Of a DNA stretch of 64,000 nucleotides, positions 10,690 through 21,322 are shown one piece after another. The stretch comes from Escherichia coli (GTDB taxonomy: Bacteria; Pseudomonadota; Gammaproteobacteria; Enterobacterales; Enterobacteriaceae). The notes below the pieces were generated by a model. It had not been told where the DNA came from. It saw only the letters and a program-made list of their open reading frames with translations, and ran no database searches. How positions within the stretch are numbered: position 1 is the first letter of the stretch; each line of letters opens with the position of its first letter. A program made the position numbers and the translations under genes. The DNA is taken from the NCBI RefSeq assembly GCF_024298765.1, contig NZ_CP101210.1, one strand, 5' to 3'.

Positions 10690-12219
10690 ATGAGACGGGC
10701 AATCAGCTACATCAGATTTTCAAGTGAACGACAACTAAAAGGGGACTCTGTACGCAGACAATCTAAGCTGGTCACTGACTGGCTTGATAAGAACCCTGAG
10801 TTTTACTTGGATTCATCCTTGAGCTTTAAAGATTTGGGGAAAAGTGCTTTTAGTGGTAAGCACTTGAAAGGTGGCTTAGGTGACTTTTTAACCGCTATCG
10901 AGAAAGGGCTTGTTAAAGCTGGTGATACACTACTAATCGAGAGTTTAGACCGTCTCTCACGTCAGGATATTGATATTGCTTCTGAGCTATTACGTCGTAT
11001 CTTAAGGGCTGGTGTAGATATAGTCACACTGAGCGATGGTGAACATTACACACGAGAAAGTTTAAAAGACCCGTTATCCCTGATTAAAAGCATTCTGATA
11101 ATGCAGCGGGCGCATGAGGAAAGTCTGAGGAAGTCTGAGCGTGTCCAAGCTGCATGGAACCGTAAAAAAGAACTCATCTCCGAAGGTATCAAGGTATCTA
11201 GGCGTTGTCCTGCATGGTTAAGGCTGAATGATGACCGTCGAACATTCACTATCATCCCCGATAAAGTGGAAGTTGTTAAACGAGCATTTGACCTGAGATT
11301 ACAGGGTTTAAGCTTTTGGGCTATCACCAGAACTTTAAACGATGAAGGCCACTTGTCATTGAATCAATACACACCTAAACAAAAGGGATGGTCTGATACT
11401 GCTGTAAAGAAACTACTCAGAAATCGTGCTGTGATTGGATGTTTCACACCTGCTGGACGTGAAGAAGTTCAGGGTTACTACCCCGCAATAATCAGTGAGT
11501 CACTATTCTATCGAGTACAGCAACTGAACACAGGGCAATATGGTAGGGCTTCTGTATCAAGTAATCCGCTATCAGTCAACTTGTTCAGGGGTATCATCAA
11601 ATGTTCTGAGTGTGGGGCTACTATTGTTCTTGGTGGATATGCCTTAAAACGTTTTGGGATGTACAGATGCCCTAATCGTTCAGCTAACAGGTGTAGTGCA
11701 AAGGCTATCAGTCGTAAGCAAACGGATACAACTATCCTTTACATGCTCGCATTATGCGACCGTTTTGAAACTGAAAATACTGACACTATTGATAGCCTTA
11801 AATTACAGCGTGAAGATTTGCAGCGTAAAATCTCAAAAATGGCAGAACTCGCTATTGAACTCGATGACATGACAATTATCACAGAGAAATTACGTGATAT
11901 GAAGAATGCGCTATCAAAACTCAATCATGATATCGAAGAGGAAACAAAGCGGATAAAGGCCATCACAACTGGAAGCCTCAAAGATATTGACAGGACAACA
12001 AAGGAAGGGATGATAGAGACACAGCTACTTATCAAGGGCGTACTCAAAGAAATAGTTATAGATGCCGCTAAACGTCGCTGTAAAGTGACTTTTCACAACG
12101 GTAAGGTAATTGACCTACCTATAACAGAAAACCCCTCAGAGGACGTTACAGAGGCCATACAGTCGCTTTCTGAAGTCACTGAGAGGGGTTTAATAGATGT
12201 TGATGTAGTAGCGATTTAG
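10690..12219 (+). CDS. Large serine recombinase (integrase), 509 aa from the ATG
   Basis: ORF track 10684..12219. The N-terminal catalytic domain has AISYIRFSSERQ and ESLDRLSRQ motifs. It is followed by a recombinase domain, a Cys4 zinc ribbon (CSECG...CPNRSANRC) and a long coiled coil (LKLQREDLQRKISKMAELAIELDD...). Confidence 0.9.
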   Translation: MRRAISYIRFSSERQLKGDSVRRQSKLVTDWLDKNPEFYLDSSLSFKDLGKSAFSGKHLKGGLGDFLTAIEKGLVKAGDTLLIESLDRLSRQDIDIASELLRRILRAGVDIVTLSDGEHYTRESLKDPLSLIKSILIMQRAHEESLRKSERVQAAWNRKKELISEGIKVSRRCPAWLRLNDDRRTFTIIPDKVEVVKRAFDLRLQGLSFWAITRTLNDEGHLSLNQYTPKQKGWSDTAVKKLLRNRAVIGCFTPAGREEVQGYYPAIISESLFYRVQQLNTGQYGRASVSSNPLSVNLFRGIIKCSECGATIVLGGYALKRFGMYRCPNRSANRCSAKAISRKQTDTTILYMLALCDRFETENTDTIDSLKLQREDLQRKISKMAELAIELDDMTIITEKLRDMKNALSKLNHDIEEETKRIKAITTGSLKDIDRTTKEGMIETQLLIKGVLKEIVIDAAKRRCKVTFHNGKVIDLPITENPSEDVTEAIQSLSEVTERGLIDVDVVAI

Positions 12220-12263
12220 TATCTCTTATTAGGATTCACTGAGTACTTTTTAAGCTTTGAAGC

Positions 12264-12307
12264 TACCCGACCAGCGTTACTGTTAGCATTGGTGAGGTTG
12301 GTTTTTT
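12264..12307 (+). terminator. Candidate intrinsic terminator after the large recombinase gene
   Basis: The imperfect stem ACCCGACCA...TGGTGAGGT (alternatively CCGACC/GGTTGG with a G-U pair) is followed by TTTTTT. Confidence 0.45.
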
Positions 12308-12482
12308 CAGCTTCTTCACAAAAAAGCTTCAGAGGTCTTCTTAACCATCCGCTAAGCAGGAGAGAGGGTGGTACATGAGAAAGAACCCTCACTTCTAAAA
12401 AGATTTTTTAGCTATTTTGCTTAAAACCATATCAAAAGATACATTTTATTGATTCAGGTCAAAGACAAAAGCATTGACAAAA

Positions 12483-12580
12483 TGGTAAAATTGTTCACAT
12501 GACCTTACTTAACAGACTTTTTAAGAGCTTTTGAGAAGCTTGTTGAACAGACACTCTTTCTGGAGTGTTGTCTTTTACTT
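12483..12580 (+). ncRNA. Hypothetical sRNA-like transcription unit of about 80 nt (promoter to terminator)
   Basis: An extended -10 TGGTAAAAT (12483-12491) is followed by the terminator-like hairpin ACAgACACTC tttctg GAGTGTTGT and CTTTTACTT (12547-12580). This is a prediction from sequence only. Confidence 0.2.
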
Positions 12581-12934
12581 AAGAGGTTTGTTTAGATAAC
12601 TCTCAAGGCATCTCTTAAGAATCACTGTTAAGGTGATACTCTCCCTTCGGGTTATATCGTATCTCTTCTCCCGTTAGACAGTTTTTCCTAGCAACTTCAT
12701 AGTTATCTGTCAAGTGCCTTTGAAGATTCCATCAAGACCTCTGAATCTGACCTGATATAGATGCTGTGAAGGCATATTCTCTAGGTCTGTGTAGCTTACT
12801 TAGTGGGAAGAGAGGGATATAGTGACCATAGGGGAACCCCTCCTGTTAAAAAGACTACTTAGAAGTCTGAGACTTTAGTAAAATCTGTGAATATAGCTTC
12901 TCAGACGCTCTGTAACGCATTCTAAGCGATTTTA

Positions 12935-12953
12935 CCACCTTATTTTAAGGTGG
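12935..12953. other. Perfect 7-bp hairpin CCACCTT-atttt-AAGGTGG
   Basis: Read directly from the sequence. It is immediately followed by the second copy of GGGTGGTACAT (12952-12962). Confidence 0.6.
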
Positions 12954-13206
12954 GTGGTACATCCCTATAGGTTACCCTAAAAATGGGGTTAAAACTCGCT
13001 ACAGAGCTTTCTATGAGGCTTGGTAGAGTTGCATAAATTTTACACAACACTTATTCAGCTTCTAAATTTTTTTATAAAAAATCGTAGTAACCCCTCTACA
13101 TTCCCCTTCACCGATAATCTTCAAAAATATCTATCACAGGTCTATACCTGCTAAGTACCCGTCACTACGCCTAAGTGGTCCCCTTTGCAAAATTTTAAAA
13201 TATCTA

Positions 13207-13233
13207 TTGACTTTTTATGTGAACTGTTATAAA
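13207..13233 (+). promoter_or_regulatory. Candidate sigma-70 promoter reading toward the small recombinase
   Basis: TTGACT (13207-13212), a 15-nt spacer, and the extended -10 TGtTATAAA (13225-13233). Confidence 0.4.
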
Positions 13234-13303
13234 GACCGCTCCATCTCTTAGGCATACCGTTATAGCATACTAAAAAGGTATAGCTAACCCCCTGTAAAAA
13301 CCA

Positions 13304-13345
13304 TACCGATTAGCCTTGTAAAACACTTTATCGGTACATTATACT
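13304..13345 (+). promoter_or_regulatory. Inverted repeat overlapping the proximal promoter of the small recombinase (res-like or operator candidate)
   Basis: TACCGAT (13304-13310) and ATCGGTA (13330-13336) are separated by 19 nt. They overlap TTGTAA (13316-13321), an 18-nt spacer and TATACT (13340-13345). A related ATACC-N18-GGTAT lies at 13254-13281. Confidence 0.4.
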
Positions 13346-13380
13346 CAACTCATCAAATGAGTAAGGCAAATGAGTATATT

Positions 13381-13926
13381 ATGGCTAACATTGGTTATAT
13401 CCGAGTTTCATCAATCCAGCAGATTACAGACCGTCAACTTGAAGGGGTCGTACTGGATAAGATATTTACTGATAAAGCATCTGGGAAGAATACAGACCGT
13501 CCACAACTAAAGGCTATGCTCGATTATGTTCGTGAAGGTGATGTTATCCATGTACACGACTTGTCACGTTTAGGGCGCTCTACCGTGGATGTATTAACGC
13601 TGGTGGATAAACTTTCACAGAAAGGTATCAAGGTTCACTTTCACAAAGAAGGTCTGATAACTGGTGACGATAACCCCACGTCTAAGATGATTCTCACAAT
13701 CTTTTCAGCAGTGGCTGAAGCTGAACGTAAAATGATGCTTGAGCGTCAACGAGAAGGCTATGAAGCTGCTAAAGCTGCTGGTCGTGTAGTTGGAAGGGGT
13801 AACGGTAAAGCGGTTGACAGAGAAGGTATTAAAGCTGCTCTTGCTGCTGGTGGTTCAATCGCTAAAGTAGCCGCTCAATTCAACGTTGCCAAGTCAACTG
13901 TACAGCGTATTAAAGCTGAAGATTAA
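13381..13926 (+). CDS. Small serine recombinase of the resolvase/invertase family (181 aa; alternative start at 13357 gives 189 aa)
   Basis: MANIGYIRVSSIQQ carries the catalytic Ser. The protein also has DLSRLGRS and AERKMMLERQREG motifs and a C-terminal HTH (SIAKVAAQFNVAKSTVQRI). The layout matches gamma-delta/Tn3 resolvase and Hin/Gin. Confidence 0.9.
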   Translation: MANIGYIRVSSIQQITDRQLEGVVLDKIFTDKASGKNTDRPQLKAMLDYVREGDVIHVHDLSRLGRSTVDVLTLVDKLSQKGIKVHFHKEGLITGDDNPTSKMILTIFSAVAEAERKMMLERQREGYEAAKAAGRVVGRGNGKAVDREGIKAALAAGGSIAKVAAQFNVAKSTVQRIKAED

Positions 13927-13939
13927 GTCAGGAAATACA

Positions 13940-14623
13940 TTAGATTTTTCTTCCAAATAAACTTGGGAGATTCTTACGGTTTCTTGCTTGCATCATTATT
14001 TCTGGGCTAACAAGTTTTTTTAATTCGCTTCTGTACTCATCAATAGAACACTCATCCGCAACAAGTTTTGAAATCAGGTCTTCAATAGACATAACATCTT
14101 GTTGCAGGAAATCAAGTTCACGAGACAAGTGCTTTTTTTGATTCTCTAACTTTCCTATCTCAGCATTTAAGTTATCTACATCTGTCGCCAATTTCTCTGC
14201 CTGAGATTTCAAATTACTTGTATCTTCTTTTTCTCTTTCGATAAGGTTTTTTTGTTTCTCAATCTTCAACTTTGACGTCAGTCTAGCTGACTCTTCAAGA
14301 TTTTCAGCTTCTACTTTTTGTCTTGCTCGCCATGCGGTTGCCTTGATTTGAAGTAGTGTTACAAGGTTGCTGAAGTAAGGGAAAAAGGTCGCCAAAATGA
14401 ACCCTAGCCCTACGGGATAGCATAATGTTTTTAGATAGAAGTCTTCCGTCGATGTGATTTGTTGAATACGAGTAACAACCGAAGCCTCACTAAGACACAT
14501 GATAGCAATGCTTTTCCAGTTAAATCCCACCCATGACAAAATGATGTAGCCCCATAAAGGGTTAGCTACTCGTTCCTTCAACGCCTGCTTAACTGATTCC
14601 GTGATACTTTCTTCACTACTCAC
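13940..14623 (-). CDS. Hypothetical protein with two TM segments and a coiled coil (227 aa)
   Basis: The GTG start is preceded by GGAG 8 nt upstream. Hydrophobic segments are PLWGYIILSWVGFNWKSIAIMCL and LCYPVGLGFILATFFPYFSNLVTLL. A charged heptad-like region of about 110 aa follows (EAENLEESARLTSKLKIEKQKNLIEREKED...). I do not recognise the family. Confidence 0.7.
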   Translation of the reverse strand: MSSEESITESVKQALKERVANPLWGYIILSWVGFNWKSIAIMCLSEASVVTRIQQITSTEDFYLKTLCYPVGLGFILATFFPYFSNLVTLLQIKATAWRARQKVEAENLEESARLTSKLKIEKQKNLIEREKEDTSNLKSQAEKLATDVDNLNAEIGKLENQKKHLSRELDFLQQDVMSIEDLISKLVADECSIDEYRSELKKLVSPEIMMQARNRKNLPSLFGRKI

Positions 14624-14893
14624 AATTACTGCTCCATAGAAAACTCTGGTTTGAGAAATTTTAATGCGAATCCAATCAGTTAGATAGACCTGTAAATAGC
14701 AATTTTATAGAAGTCGAGAGAGGGATGACTAACACCCTGCATAGTTTCCTGAAAAGAGACTTCGCATATTATCTATATATTTCAATAAGTTATGCTAAAA
14801 AGGAACTATACCAATACTGCATAGATTCTGCGTAAAACTGCTTGGATACTTGGAAATCCACCATTAAATTGCATAGTCATTCACCTGATAAAG

Positions 14894-14908
14894 CCTGTTA
14901 TTAACAGG
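14894..14908. other. Perfect 15-bp palindrome CCTGTTATTAACAGG near the right end of the element
   Basis: Read directly from the sequence. It is nested within TCACCTG (14881-14887) and CAGGTGA (14905-14911). Confidence 0.6.
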
Positions 14909-14932
14909 TGATAGGATTCGGATGTTCTCATA

Positions 14933-14980
14933 GTGTATTTAGGGAATTAATATCAGCATTACATTTTTATTTTCGGCCAT
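14933..14980. other. attR junction of the mdtG-borne element
   Basis: The sequence reads element GTGTATTTAGGGAATTAATATC, then AG, then host cattacatttttattttcggcc, which resumes MdtG as (S)[15 protein letters not shown]. Confidence 0.75.
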
Positions 14981-16001
14981 CGCCTCACCGTTTTGGGGTG
15001 GACTCGCCGACCGTAAAGGCCGAAAACTCATGCTATTACGCTCTGCCCTCGGCATGGGCATCGTGATGGTGTTGATGGGACTGGCACAAAATATCTGGCA
15101 GTTTTTGATCCTGCGGGCGCTTCTTGGGTTACTTGGCGGATTTGTCCCCAACGCTAATGCTCTTATCGCCACACAAGTACCGCGTAATAAAAGCGGCTGG
15201 GCGCTGGGTACGCTCTCCACAGGCGGCGTTAGTGGTGCGTTGCTCGGCCCAATGGCTGGCGGCCTGCTCGCCGATAGCTACGGCTTACGTCCGGTATTCT
15301 TTATTACCGCCAGTGTGCTCATACTCTGCTTTTTCGTCACCCTGTTCTGCATCAGAGAAAAATTCCAGCCGGTCAGCAAAAAAGAGATGCTGCACATGCG
15401 GGAAGTGGTGACATCACTTAAAAACCCGAAACTGGTACTCAGCCTGTTTGTCACCACGTTAATCATCCAGGTGGCGACAGGCTCAATTGCCCCCATTCTG
15501 ACGCTGTATGTCCGCGAACTGGCGGGTAACGTCAGTAACGTCGCCTTTATCAGTGGCATGATCGCCTCGGTGCCAGGCGTGGCGGCTCTGCTAAGCGCAC
15601 CACGACTCGGCAAACTTGGCGATCGAATCGGACCCGAAAAGATCCTGATTACAGCGCTGATCTTTTCTGTACTGCTGTTGATCCCAATGTCTTACGTTCA
15701 GACGCCATTGCAACTTGGGATTTTACGTTTTTTGCTCGGTGCCGCCGATGGTGCACTACTCCCCGCCGTACAGACACTGTTGGTTTACAACTCGAGCAAC
15801 CAGATCGCCGGGCGTATCTTCAGCTATAACCAATCGTTTCGTGATATTGGCAACGTTACCGGACCATTGATGGGAGCAGCGATTTCAGCGAACTACGGTT
15901 TCAGAGCGGTATTTCTCGTCACCGCTGGCGTCGTGTTATTCAACGCAGTCTATTCATGGAACAGTCTACGTCGTCGTCGAATACCCCAGGTATCGAACTG
16001 A
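14957..16001 (+). pseudogene. mdtG: mdtG 3' fragment (codon 61 to the stop)
   Basis: The frame reads [38 protein letters not shown]... and runs to the stop at 16001. ORF-track entry 15030..16001 is its internal-Met portion. Confidence 0.93.
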
Positions 16002-16083
16002 TTTTTCGCCTTTCATACTTGCAAAAGCGGAGAATCAGCTATCCTTTTCCCTGAAACCTCATCAACTCAAAGGGAGAATCGTG

Positions 16084-16458
16084 ATGACCATGTACGCAAC
16101 GCTTGAAGAAGCCATTGACGCTGCACGCGAAGAATTTCTTGCAGACAACCCCGGCATCGACGCCGAAGATGCGAATGTGCAACAGTTCAATGCCCAAAAA
16201 TACGTTTTGCAGGACGGCGACATCATGTGGCAAGTTGAGTTTTTTGCCGACGAAGGGGAAGAAGGTGAATGTTTACCTATGCTTAGCGGTGAAGCCGCGC
16301 AAAGTGTTTTTGATGGCGACTATGATGAGATAGAGATACGCCAGGAGTGGCAGGAAGAGAATACATTACATGAATGGGACGAGGGGGAATTTCAGCTTGA
16401 GCCACCGCTGGATACCGAGGAAGGACGCGCAGCAGCTGATGAGTGGGATGAACGTTAA
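16084..16458 (+). CDS. msyB: Acidic protein MsyB (124 aa)
   Basis: MTMYATLEEAIDAAREEFLADNPGIDAEDANVQQ... is highly acidic and recognised as MsyB. Confidence 0.93.
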   Translation: MTMYATLEEAIDAAREEFLADNPGIDAEDANVQQFNAQKYVLQDGDIMWQVEFFADEGEEGECLPMLSGEAAQSVFDGDYDEIEIRQEWQEENTLHEWDEGEFQLEPPLDTEEGRAAADEWDER

Positions 16459-16686
16459 TCACTCATACGGGCCATGATGAATGTCGATCGGCAGCAGTAA
16501 AGTATCGAAAACCAGGGAGAATGGCAGATCAAGGATCGTGACGTAACGCCAGGCGGAGTCACGCACGTCCCATTGCACACCGGGATAATATTGGTTGCCA
16601 TGCCCCTGCCCCGGTATAGTGCGACTAATGATGCTGCCACAGCCACTCAGCAAGGTCACCATTATGCTCATCACAATTAAACGCAT
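16459..16686 (-). CDS. yceK: Lipoprotein YceK (75 aa)
   Basis: MRLIVMSIMVTLLSGC contains a lipobox. Recognised as YceK. Confidence 0.9.
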   Translation of the reverse strand: MRLIVMSIMVTLLSGCGSIISRTIPGQGHGNQYYPGVQWDVRDSAWRYVTILDLPFSLVFDTLLLPIDIHHGPYE

Positions 16687-16749
16687 TTGATACCTCTTCC
16701 GTAAAAAATACCGGCATAACGCCGGTATTTTTATTGGCTCGTTGTTTTT

Positions 16750-16848
16750 GCCGGATGCGGCGTGAACGCTTTACCCGACCTACAAAATCTTGCAAAATCA
16801 ATAAATTGCAGGAACGATGTAGGCCTGATAAGCGTAGCGCATCAGGCA
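16750..16848. repeat. REP/BIME element (two opposed REP palindromes)
   Basis: GCCGGATGCGGCGTGAACGCTTTACCCGACCTAC and GTAGGCCTGATAAGCGTAGCGCATCAGGC are canonical E. coli REP sequences. Confidence 0.85.
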
Positions 16849-16857
16849 ACTACGTTT

Positions 16858-21040
<4,183 letters not shown>

Positions 21041-21322
21041 TCAGCACACTGGCTCATGGATTAAGCACCTGATTGCAACCGTTTTCACTTTCCGTGCTTC
21101 TCCTAAAGACAGAAGCATCGACTTCGTGTAGGGTTTGCCAGCAAATTTATTTATCAACCGTCTTACAGACGCTTCCATTCTGGTTAGTGGTAGCGATGAT
21201 GCTATGCATAAAAACCTTGAAGCCTGCGCCTGGCGCGGTCAGGTCGGTGTCGCTATGGCAACAAGCCTAAAGGCATAACCCGACAGGGATAAGACGAAAA
21301 ATCCGAGATTAGTTAACCATAT

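Larger units (their letters stand above)
12220..13356. other. 1.14-kb ORF-free, repeat- and hairpin-rich core of the element
   Basis: No ORF of 60 aa or more occurs in any of the six frames. The longest ATG ORF I could read is 17 codons. The recurring words ATCTCTTA, ACTTTTTAAG, GGGTGGTACAT and AGAGAGGG are present, along with several perfect hairpins. Confidence 0.8.
10651..14956. mobile_element. 4,306-bp integrative element with two serine recombinases, inserted in mdtG
   Basis: The two mdtG halves (182 + 1045 nt) sum to 1227 nt, which is 408 codons plus a stop, so no host bases were lost. The boundaries are ambiguous by about 5 bp because both junctions share TCAGnAT. The base composition is visibly AT-richer than the flanks. 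A recombinase gene sits at the left end. Confidence 0.9.

Noticed and set aside
12220-13356. A bridge-RNA-like guide. I looked for segments of the ORF-free core complementary or identical to attB or attP.
   Set aside because: I found only short, mostly AT-rich matches. These were ACATTTTATT at 12441 against attB ACATTTTTATT, CCCTAAA at 12975, GGTCCCCT at 13178, and CTTCAG/GTCTTC at 12327-12340. They are compatible with chance in 1.1 kb. Serine integrases of this class are not known to be RNA-guided.
14725-14835. A 36-codon + strand ORF (MTNTLHSFLKRDFAYYLYISISYAKKELYQYCIDSA) in the right arm of the element.
   Set aside because: The purine-rich run abuts the ATG with no spacer, so it is not a usable Shine-Dalgarno. 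The composition is low-complexity, and the ORF overlaps the likely promoter region of the minus-strand gene. It is more likely non-coding.
15030-16001. The 323-aa ORF listed as a stand-alone transporter.
   Set aside because: It is the internal-Met portion of the mdtG 3' fragment. The frame is continuous upstream to the attR junction.
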